Of a stretch of DNA of 64,000 nucleotides, positions 35,849 through 45,020 are shown in pieces. Source of the stretch: Deltaproteobacteria bacterium. GTDB taxonomy: Bacteria > Myxococcota_A > UBA796 > UBA2385. The DNA is taken from NCBI GenBank assembly GCA_016792625.1, contig JAEUKK010000159.1, positions 12,875 through 76,874 of the forward strand, written 5' to 3'. The notes beneath the pieces were generated by a model. It had not been told where the DNA came from. It saw only the letters and a program-made list of their open reading frames with translations, and did not search any database. A program made the translations under genes and the position numbers. How positions within the stretch are numbered: the stretch's first letter is position 1; each line of letters opens with the position of its first letter.

Positions 35849-38800
35849 TCAGCCGAGCAGCTCGCCGTGGAAGCTCCACCGCCCTGCGGGGAAGTTCGCC
35901 GCGTTGTCCTGCCACCACTGGGCCCAGGCCCGCCGGTGGGCGACCTGCACGCGGTAGGGCCCCTCGGCGTCAAAAGGCAGCCGGCAGCCGGTCGAGATCA
36001 CCAGCTCGTCGTAGGTCGAGCGGCGCACAAAAGCATCGTCGTGGTCGAGGCGCTCGATGAGCTGGCCGGGGTCGAGCAGCTGGCCGTGGCGGTAGCGCAG
36101 GCCGTCCTTGAAGCGCGGCCCGTTGTGCGACCACCAGGTCACCCAGCGGCTGCGCAGCAGGCTCTCCTCGGGGTCTTCGTGGTGGCCGGTGATCAGCTCC
36201 AGCGCGCCGTTGGCCACCGCTTGGCGGCTCCGGTCCTTGCTGCCGAGCTGGTCGAGCAGCCGAGGCACGGCCCGCGGATCGCCGAGGTAGCCGAGGCCCT
36301 GCAGGGCGCCGACGCCGGCCGGATCTTCCTGCTCGGCCACCCGATACAGCAGCAGCAGGTAGCTCGGACCACCGTAGCGGCCGACGATCTCGCCCAGCGT
36401 GCGCGGCGCGTTGCGCACACGCGAGGCCAGGCGCTGGGCCTGCTCATCGACCCCGCGCCACTCGCCGAGCAGCAGCAGCGCCGTGCTCGCCTCACCCGCC
36501 AAGTGCCCGTCGTCGATGCAGCTGAGCAGCTCATCGACCACGCTCGGGTCGCCGATGCGGCCGAGCGCGACGATGGCCGCCCGCTTGACCACCTTGCTGG
36601 CCCGGCCGCTGAGCAGCTTGCGCAGCACCTCGACCGCGCCCTGCTCCCGCCGCCAGCCGAGCACCTCGACCGCCGCCGAGACCCCCGAGGGATCGGGGTG
36701 GCGGCTGGCCGCATCGAGCAGGCCATCGACCAGCGCGGCGTTGGGGCTGCGGGCCATCGCCGCGATCAGCGCCCGGCCGGCGGGGCCGTCGGGCTGCATT
36801 TGCAGCAGGTGGCGGAGCAGGACCTCGGCCGCCTCGTAGCTGCGGTGCCCGGCCAACAGGTCGGCCGCCGCGACGTAGCGGGCGAGGTTGGGGTCAGAGG
36901 TGCGGGGCACGGTGTTGTCGAGCAGGCGCGCGCCCTGCTCGAGCTGGGCGGCGAGCACGCTGACCACGCGCACATCGCAGGCGGCCACGGCCATGCGGTG
37001 GGCGCCCAGCCGGCGCTCGGGGCGGTCGGCGTCGGCGCGGATGAGCGGCGGGCGCGCGCGCTGGGCGTTCACCCGGTCGCGCGCGTGGTCGGCGGCCCGC
37101 TCGAGGTGCCAGTCGATGCTGCGCCCCGGATCGCCGCCGATGGCGTCGGCCGCGGCCACCCCCGCGGCCAGATCGGCGGCCTTGAACAGGTGGCGGGCCT
37201 CGTCGGCGGCGCCGGGCTCGCCCAGGGCGGCGAGGCGCAGCAGGGCCCAGGCCTGGCGCAGCGGGAGCCCAAGCTCGTCGAAGCCAGCGGCGGCGCGGCC
37301 ATAGTCGGCGCGCGCGCGCCCCTCGTCGCCGGTCATGCGGAACAGATCGCCCCGCCGCAGCAGCACGCGCAGCAGCAGCTCGGGCGCGCCCTCGGCGAGG
37401 CCGCGGGCGTGGCGGTACCAGGCCTCGGCGTTGGGGCCATCGCCCTGCTGCCGCGCCAGATCACCGGCCACCAGGGCGTACTGGCCCCGCACCTCGACGT
37501 CGGCCCAGGCCTCGACGGCGTCTTGGGCCGCGGTGAGCAGGCCCGCCGCGGCGTCGAGGCGGTCCTTCATGCGGTGGCGCTCGGCCAGCAGCACCTGGGC
37601 CTCGGCGCGGGCCGCGGGGTCGAGGGGGGCCTCTCCGCGCCGGCGGGGGGCCAGCTCGACGAGGGCCTCCTCCAAGATCTCCTCAGCCCAGGGCTCTTGG
37701 CGCAGCACGGCCAGCCGGCCCAGCGCGAGGCGGGCCCGACCGCCGAGGCTGCCCTTGGCGTCGCGCAGCCGGCGCAGGCGCCGCTCGGCCTCGTCGTGGT
37801 GACCGAGCTCGGTGAGCAGAGCGACGAGCTGCAGGCTGGCCTCGTGGCCATCGAGCGGGCTCGAGAAGGAGAGGGCGCGGTCGAGGAAGGCCTGCAGCGC
37901 GCGCTGCGCCGCGGCCCGCTCCCCCCGGGCGCAGAGCGCGCGGGCCAGCGCCTGGGCGGCGGCCTCGGCCAGCAGGCCCTCGGCCGGGCTGCGGCAGTCG
38001 CTGAGGTTCTCGGTCAAGAAGCGCTGGAGCTCGGCCTCCCACGCGGGGTCGCTCAGATCGAGCATGGCCTCAAGCGCGGTGATCAGCTCGGGGCCGGGCG
38101 CGCCCTCTTCGGGCCAGGGCCGCGGCAGGCGGGTGGCCCGCAGGGCGGCGAGCAGCGCGTCGCGGGCGCTCACCTCGTCCTCGGCGCGCAGGGCTTGGCC
38201 GAGGCGGGCCAGCGCCGCCGTGTGGCTCGGATCGGCCTCGACCGCTTGCATCAGGCGGCCCCGGGCCGACTCGTCGTGGCCAGCCGCGGCGAGGCGATCG
38301 GCGTCGAGCACGAGCAGATCGACGCTGGTCGGGTCGACCTGCAGGCGGGCGGCGAGCTGGGCCTCAGGATCGCGCAGGTTCTCATCGAGGATGCGGACCG
38401 TGGCGGTCAGCCAGCGCTCAAAGCGGGCGTGCAGGGGCAGGAAGCGGCCGGGCTCGCGGGCCTGGGCGGGCAAGATCCAGCGGCCGTAGCGCACCCCGCC
38501 CTCGTGGGCGGCGAAGGCCCAGCGATCCTCGGGCCCGGGGCCGTCGGCGAAGAGGATCACCTCGGGCAGCTCGGCCGAGACCGGGGCCAGCTCGGCCGCC
38601 GCGCGCACCTGCAGGGCGCCGCGGAACAGCGAGGCGCCGTTCCAGCGGGTCAAAAAGCGGCGGAGATCGGCGGGCAGCGGGCCGCCCAGCGCCGCCGCGG
38701 CGTGGCTGAGCGCGTCGCCCGCGGGCGGGGCGGCGAGGTGGTGCACGTCGTGGCGGTACCGATCCAGCACCCGCAGCACGGGGTGGAAGGGATCGGGGCC

Positions 38801-38884
38801 GGCCGCGCCCCCCTCGGGCGCCCCGTGCACGGGGGCGGGCTCTGCGGGGTCACCGGCGAGGGGCGAGGAGCTGAGGGGCTGCAT
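35849..38884 (-). CDS. SMI1/KNR4 (SUKH) + TPR + HEAT-repeat protein (~1011 aa)
   Basis: N-terminal LGGPLPADLRRFLTRWNG (SMI1-like); central TPR-like helices; C-terminal HEAT_PBS-type AIVALGRIGDP and ALQGLGYLGDPRAVPRL. Confidence 0.72.
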   Translation of the reverse strand: MQPLSSSPLAGDPAEPAPVHGAPEGGAAGPDPFHPVLRVLDRYRHDVHHLAAPPAGDALSHAAAALGGPLPADLRRFLTRWNGASLFRGALQVRAAAELAPVSAELPEVILFADGPGPEDRWAFAAHEGGVRYGRWILPAQAREPGRFLPLHARFERWLTATVRILDENLRDPEAQLAARLQVDPTSVDLLVLDADRLAAAGHDESARGRLMQAVEADPSHTAALARLGQALRAEDEVSARDALLAALRATRLPRPWPEEGAPGPELITALEAMLDLSDPAWEAELQRFLTENLSDCRSPAEGLLAEAAAQALARALCARGERAAAQRALQAFLDRALSFSSPLDGHEASLQLVALLTELGHHDEAERRLRRLRDAKGSLGGRARLALGRLAVLRQEPWAEEILEEALVELAPRRRGEAPLDPAARAEAQVLLAERHRMKDRLDAAAGLLTAAQDAVEAWADVEVRGQYALVAGDLARQQGDGPNAEAWYRHARGLAEGAPELLLRVLLRRGDLFRMTGDEGRARADYGRAAAGFDELGLPLRQAWALLRLAALGEPGAADEARHLFKAADLAAGVAAADAIGGDPGRSIDWHLERAADHARDRVNAQRARPPLIRADADRPERRLGAHRMAVAACDVRVVSVLAAQLEQGARLLDNTVPRTSDPNLARYVAAADLLAGHRSYEAAEVLLRHLLQMQPDGPAGRALIAAMARSPNAALVDGLLDAASRHPDPSGVSAAVEVLGWRREQGAVEVLRKLLSGRASKVVKRAAIVALGRIGDPSVVDELLSCIDDGHLAGEASTALLLLGEWRGVDEQAQRLASRVRNAPRTLGEIVGRYGGPSYLLLLYRVAEQEDPAGVGALQGLGYLGDPRAVPRLLDQLGSKDRSRQAVANGALELITGHHEDPEESLLRSRWVTWWSHNGPRFKDGLRYRHGQLLDPGQLIERLDHDDAFVRRSTYDELVISTGCRLPFDAEGPYRVQVAHRRAWAQWWQDNAANFPAGRWSFHGELLG

Positions 38885-39200
38885 GGGGGCCTCGGCGGGG
38901 AGCGGGGATGGTCCACGGCATCGCGCGGGGGCGCCGCGCGGCGACGCAGGCAGCGTCAAGGCTGGGCCGTGGGGAACATCGCGGGGAACACTGACCGATC
39001 CGGAGTGGCGGATGCTGGCCAAGATCCGATCAGCCAGCCCCGCGCGGACGGGCCTGCGACCGTAGCACCGTTGACGCCGCAAGGGAAGGCACTCGAACCG
39101 ACCTGAGCCTGTGGTCGCCGGGCGGCCTGCGGGGCGCGACCGCTGCCGCGGGCCCCGATCTCGGCGTATAGTCGGGCGCTCCGCCGACCCCGAGGTCTCC

Positions 39201-40108
<908 letters not shown>

Positions 40109-40112
<4 letters not shown>

Positions 40113-41014
40113 GGGCGCGCCGCTTCGACGATGGCCTGCAGCGCGCCGCCCTGCGCGCGTCGGCCCTGCTCGGCGCGGGCCTGATCGCCGCCGCGCTGGG
40201 GGCCCTCGATCCGCGGGCGGCGGTGGCCGGGGCGCCCGCTCCGCCCCCTTTTGAGACCGCCGCCGAAGCCGAGCGCTGGGCCCAATTCTCCGCCCACGCC
40301 GCCGCGCGCACGGCGGGCTGGGCCGACGCAGGTGAGCGCCAGCTCGGCAATTTCATCGAGCGCCGCTGGTGCCGCGCCCCGATCAGCCCCGCCGACTGCC
40401 GCGCGGGGCAGTTCTCCAGCGCGCCGCGGCAAGATCACGCGGTGCTGCGCCTCTCCACCCTGTCTTTTCAGCCGGGCGGCGTGCGCTTTGGCCTGAGCTA
40501 CCAGGTCCTCGACCTGCCCGCCGCGGGGCTGGGCCTCTCGCTCAGCCTCGTGTCGGGCGGCCGCAGCGTCATCGGCGATCAGCTCCAGGTCGAGGTCCTG
40601 CGCGCGCCCCGCGCCCCCGACGATCCGCCCCTGCTCCGGCTGGGCGACGTGCTGCGCTGGCCCATCGCCGACGGCGCGGTCGAGGTGCCCCTGCCCGGCG
40701 CGCCCGATCCCATCGGCGCCGCGCGCCTGCTGCGCGCGAGCCCAGACGCCCTGCAGCGGGCCGGCGACGCCCAGCTGGTCGGCCTGGTCGAGGCCGTCGA
40801 CCGCGCCCTGGCCGGCGGGCAGCTCCGCCGCTGCGTGCCCGGGCCCTACCTGGGCGACGGCGCCCCGCCCGCGTGCACGCCGACCCCGCTCAGCCCCGAT
40901 GAACAAGCCGCCGAGCGGGCGCGGGTGCGGGCTGTGGTTGACGCCCAGCGCGCCTTTTTGGCCGCAGAGGCGCCGGCGATCCACGCGCTGCTCGCCGCCT
41001 ATCTGCCCGACTGA
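40109..41014 (+). CDS. Hypothetical exported protein
   Basis: GTGA overlap with the upstream stop; N-terminal hydrophobic segment; two Cys pairs. Confidence 0.65.
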
Positions 41015-41202
41015 AACGCCCCGTGCGCCAAGCGCGCGAGGCTGTGTTCAGCGCTGTGCACGCTCTCTCCCCGCGGGCGAGGCACGGCCGCGCTGGCCAC
41101 GATGGGCAGCAGGCAGAGGCGCCGCTGATCCCCCGGGGCCCCGCGCATGGCCGGGCGGCGCGCTACCCTCGACCCGCCGCCGAGGCGCGGCTGGAGGCGC
41201 AG

Positions 41203-41567
41203 ATGAACAGCACGATGATTGAGAACATTGTCAATGAAGGCGTTGTGGTGCAGCGGTCAGCGCGCTGGCGCTGGGCGGCGCTGGCGCTCGGGCTGGTGGC
41301 CTGCGGCGGCAAAGAGGGCCGGGTCGAAGAGGTCCTCGCGCTCGAGGGCGACGCGACCAGCGGCGCCGAGGTCTACGCGGTGAACTGCGCGGGCTGCCAC
41401 GGGGCCGACGGCGGGGGCGGCAGCGGCCCGAACATCCGGGCGAAGACAGCGAGGAAGAGGTGGCCAGCGTCGTCCTCGAGGGCGAAGACGAGATGCCCTC
41501 CTACGACGGCGACCTGACCGACCAAGAGATCGCCGACGTCGTCGCCTTCGTCACCACGACGCTCTGA
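41203..41567 (+). pseudogene. Monoheme cytochrome c lipoprotein with a 1-bp frameshift (pseudogene or sequencing error)
   Basis: Lipobox LGLVAC and CAGCHG..GPN. Adding one G in ggg 41438-41440 gives GEDSEEEVASVVLEGEDEMPSY...LTDQEIADVVAFV-stop 41567. Confidence 0.82.
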
Positions 41568-41710
41568 GGCGGTCGGGCGCCCACGGCCCCCCGCTGGGCG
41601 TCGCCGGGGCCCCGGGCGGCGCTCCGCCTGCGGCGGGATCGCCGCCCGCCCGGCTCGGTCGGCTGCGCCGACCGCGGCTGCGCCGCGCCCGCGGTCGGCC
41701 GGGCGCGGCC

Positions 41711-42346
41711 TCAGCCTTTGGCCGGCGGCGCCTTGGCCAGAACATCGCGCAGCTCGGCCAAGAGCACCTCAACCGGCAGGCCATGCGGCAGGGCCTTGGC
41801 CATCTCGCCGTCGGGCCCGACCAAGAACAGCAGGCCGCTGTGGTCAACCGCGTAGCCCAGCGCGCTCTCGGGCTGGGGCACCTTGGCGAAGTCGACGCCC
41901 CAGTCCTCGGCCACCGCGCGCACCTCGGCCTCGGTGCCGGTGACGCCGACGATCTTCGGGTCGAAGAAGGCCGCGTACTCGGCGAGGCGGGCGAGCGTGT
42001 CGCGCTCGGGGTCGACGCTGATGAACAGGCCGGCGATGCGGGCGCGGTCCTCGGGCGGCAGGCGCTTGAGCGCGCCCTGCACGGTCTGCAGCGTGGTCGG
42101 GCAGACGTCGGGGCAGGACGCGTAGCCGAAGTAGACGATGACGACCTTGCCCGCGTGATCCGAGAGCCGGACGGGCCCCGCCGCGCTCTGCAGGGCGAAG
42201 TCGCCAAAGCGCGGGCCATCGGCGCCCCCAAGCCAGGCCGGGCGGGCCGGCCCCCAGATGAGCAGGCCCACCAGCGCGGCGATCAGGGCCAGGGGCACCA
42301 GCAGCGGCCAGGGGCGCGGGCGGGCGGGCGGCGGGCGCGGGTCCAT
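41711..42346 (-). CDS. SCO1/SenC family copper chaperone
   Basis: FGYASCPDVCPTT, ISVDPERDT, YAVDHS; N-terminal TM; GAGGAG RBS. Confidence 0.93.
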   Translation of the reverse strand: MDPRPPPARPRPWPLLVPLALIAALVGLLIWGPARPAWLGGADGPRFGDFALQSAAGPVRLSDHAGKVVIVYFGYASCPDVCPTTLQTVQGALKRLPPEDRARIAGLFISVDPERDTLARLAEYAAFFDPKIVGVTGTEAEVRAVAEDWGVDFAKVPQPESALGYAVDHSGLLFLVGPDGEMAKALPHGLPVEVLLAELRDVLAKAPPAKG

Positions 42347-42380
42347 CGGCGGCTCCTCGGGGCGGGCGCCCCGGCGGCCG

Positions 42381-42890
42381 CTATCCGCCGGGGGCGCGGC
42401 TCGGCAGCAGGGCGTGCGCACCGCGGGGGCCGCCGGGCCCCTCAAGCTGAACGTCCATCCTCCAGATCATCTGCCCGCGGACGCAGGCCGGCAGGGGGCC
42501 GCGGGCCTCGAGGCGGCCGGGCGCCACCTCGACCAGCGGCAGGGCGAGGCGGCCCATGCTCATGTCGTGGCCGGTCCAGACCAGCTCGCCGCGCTGGCCG
42601 GCGGCGGCCTCCCCCTCCACCCACACCGTGATCGGCGTGTTGGTGGGGATCGCGGCCGGGGCGCCTCCATCAGCTAGGCGCGGCTCCACCCCGACCTGCA
42701 GGGCGAGGCCGTCGGGCCAGCGCAGCGCGCAGGGCCGCTCCGCCGGGCTGCAGGCGGGGTCGACCCAGCGCCCCTCGGTCACCCGCAGGGCGGTGATCCG
42801 GGCGGGAAGGTCGGGGACGAGCGCGACCAGGCCCAGCAGCCCAAAAGCGAGGCCCCAGGCCGCGGCGCTCAGGGCGCGGCGCAGGTCCAC
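42381..42890 (-). CDS. Membrane-anchored hypothetical protein of the SCO/PCuAC cluster
   Basis: N-terminal TM; CSPAERPC, GHDMSMG, LPACVRGQMIW (Cys/Met/His-rich); located between pcuAC and sco. Confidence 0.7.
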   Translation of the reverse strand: MDLRRALSAAAWGLAFGLLGLVALVPDLPARITALRVTEGRWVDPACSPAERPCALRWPDGLALQVGVEPRLADGGAPAAIPTNTPITVWVEGEAAAGQRGELVWTGHDMSMGRLALPLVEVAPGRLEARGPLPACVRGQMIWRMDVQLEGPGGPRGAHALLPSRAPGG

Positions 42891-42891
42891 C

Positions 42892-43479
42892 TCAGGGGGC
42901 CGCGACGGTCAGCTGCAGGCGGGCCGCGCTGCCGTCATCGAAGAGCAGGCTCAGGGGCACGGTGTCGCCCGCCGCCAGCGGAGCGCGCAGGCCGATGAGC
43001 ATGACGTGGTAGCCGCCGGGTTGAAAGACCAGCGGCCCCTCGGCGGGCACCGGGATCGGCCCCTGCACCGGCCGCATCATCATCATGCCGCCCTCGGCGG
43101 TGTGCTCGTGCAGCTCGACCGCGGCGGCGGCCGGCGAGAGCGCGCGCACCAGGGCCAGCGGGCCGGGCGCCGTGCGCTCGAGCGTGAAGTAGGCGGCGGT
43201 GGCCGGGGCCCCGGGCGGCATGGGCTGGACCCGCCCCGTGACCAAGCGCACCGGGGCGGCGGGCATCGCGTCGATCGGGGGCGCGGCGGCCGAGCCCACG
43301 TCGGGCATGGGGCTCCCCGGGGTGGGCGCAGGGGCCGCGGCGGGCGCGACCTCGGTGACCGGCGGCGGAGGGGGCGCAGGCGGCGACCCACCGCAGGCGG
43401 CGAGCAGGGCGCACAGGCCCAGGGCGGCGTGGCCGACCCGGGCCCCCTTGCCGAAAATACCGTAAATCAGGGCAATCAT
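42892..43479 (-). CDS. Copper chaperone PCu(A)C lipoprotein
   Basis: TAAYFTL, VELHEH..GMMMMR, PGGYHVMLIGL, GDTVPLSLLF; lipobox LLAAC. Confidence 0.92.
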   Translation of the reverse strand: MIALIYGIFGKGARVGHAALGLCALLAACGGSPPAPPPPPVTEVAPAAAPAPTPGSPMPDVGSAAAPPIDAMPAAPVRLVTGRVQPMPPGAPATAAYFTLERTAPGPLALVRALSPAAAAVELHEHTAEGGMMMMRPVQGPIPVPAEGPLVFQPGGYHVMLIGLRAPLAAGDTVPLSLLFDDGSAARLQLTVAAP

Positions 43480-43482
43480 GGC

Positions 43483-44952
43483 TTAGCGGCCCGCCGCGCG
43501 CAGGCGGATGGGGTTGGTGTAGATCCAGGGGTAGGCGATCAGCCAAGGCGCCGGATCATCGCCGAGGAAGGGCCGCAGGTGATGGGGCACCACATCAAAA
43601 CGCACGCGGTAGGCGCCCGGCCCATCCAGGGGGTGCGCGCCGCAGCCCCGCGCCCACTCCACGCCGTCTTTGAAGACCACCGCGTCAATCTCGGGGGCCT
43701 CGTCACCCTTGGGGCTGGCCGCGGCGAGGCGGGGGCAGTCGACCTGCAAAGAAGCGCCGGGGTGGTCGGTCCAGGGCGCGGTCTCGCCGAGCTCCAGCGT
43801 GCGGCTGCCCTCGACCCGCACATCCCAGCCGACCGGGGTGCCGAGCAGCTCGAAGACCACCGCCGCGCGGCCGGCGGCCAGGGCCCGCCGCCAGGCCAGC
43901 GGATCGTCGGCTTCAGCGGCGGGCACGCGCACCTCGTTGTTGAACCAGCGCAACATCCGGCGGTAGCTGTCGCCCCGCTCGCCGTCGCGCAGGCTGGTCG
44001 GCAGCACGTTCTGGTGCGCGTCGGTGCCCGCGACGCCGACGACGTCCAGCTCGGTGTTCAGCGCGTCCCATAGGCCCACGCTGGGCGTCTGCTCACGCAG
44101 GACGGCGAGCATGAACAGGTCGGGCTCGGCGGTGCCGGTGGGCGCGGTCATCGGCGCGATGGCCCCGAGCCAGTCAGCGCGCTCCAAGCCGAGGAATTCG
44201 TCCCGCAGGTCGGGGTCGAAGGCCGCGTGCAGGTTGAACAGCTCGACGCCGACCACGCCGGCCTCGACCTGGGCGCGCAGGCTGTCGAGCTGGCGCTGCT
44301 CGGTGTGGGCGATGAAGGGCAGGGCGCCCACCGCCTCGACCGCGTCGATGGCCTCTGCGTCGAAACGATTGTACATCACGTCATTCTCGACCGGGTCAGC
44401 GCGCACGTGCGCCCGCAGCCCGATCGGCATCAGCTCATCTTCGATGCCCGGCATCCAGTGCAGGGGGCGGCCGTCGGCGCAGCTGATCGTGTTGCCGATC
44501 GCCGCGCCGCCGTCGAGCAGGGGCTGGTCGCCGTCGCGGCTGTGCCACAGCTGGTCATAGGGCTGGTAGGCCGCGTGGGCCGGGTGGTCGGTCACAAAGG
44601 CGAGGTCCACGCCCGCGTCGCAGAGGCCGGCGCGGAGGTCCTGCAAGCAGGGCTCGTTGAGCACGCCCTCTTCAAAGCCGTTCCCATCGCAGGCGTCGTG
44701 CGACCAGGGCGAGTGCAGGTGCACGATCAGGCGCCGGGTCTCCCACCCGCGCACCGCGGGGAAGCTGAGCGCCGAGGCGGGCAGGGCGCGGGTCCAGGGC
44801 TGGGGGCCGCTCGGGCCGGTGTCGGCGGCCGGGGCGCTGTCGGCGGCGGCCTTCTCTGCCGGGGTCGAGGTGGGCCCCCCGCAAGCGCACAACAGCGCGC
44901 CGCAGGCCAGGGTGGGCAGGGATAGGCGCGGGCGGGCGGACAGGGGGCGCAT
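43483..44952 (-). CDS. PHP-like (CehA/McbA-type) metallohydrolase lipoprotein
   Basis: HLHSPWSHD, VTDH, IAH, GVELFN, GTDAH; C-terminal WIYTNPI; lipobox LLCAC. Confidence 0.78.
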   Translation of the reverse strand: MRPLSARPRLSLPTLACGALLCACGGPTSTPAEKAAADSAPAADTGPSGPQPWTRALPASALSFPAVRGWETRRLIVHLHSPWSHDACDGNGFEEGVLNEPCLQDLRAGLCDAGVDLAFVTDHPAHAAYQPYDQLWHSRDGDQPLLDGGAAIGNTISCADGRPLHWMPGIEDELMPIGLRAHVRADPVENDVMYNRFDAEAIDAVEAVGALPFIAHTEQRQLDSLRAQVEAGVVGVELFNLHAAFDPDLRDEFLGLERADWLGAIAPMTAPTGTAEPDLFMLAVLREQTPSVGLWDALNTELDVVGVAGTDAHQNVLPTSLRDGERGDSYRRMLRWFNNEVRVPAAEADDPLAWRRALAAGRAAVVFELLGTPVGWDVRVEGSRTLELGETAPWTDHPGASLQVDCPRLAAASPKGDEAPEIDAVVFKDGVEWARGCGAHPLDGPGAYRVRFDVVPHHLRPFLGDDPAPWLIAYPWIYTNPIRLRAAGR

Positions 44953-45020
44953 CGGACCTCCGGGTCGGACGGTAGCCCGCGGCGGCGCCCCGGGGCGAGG
45001 CCCGCACGGCGGAGGGGACG

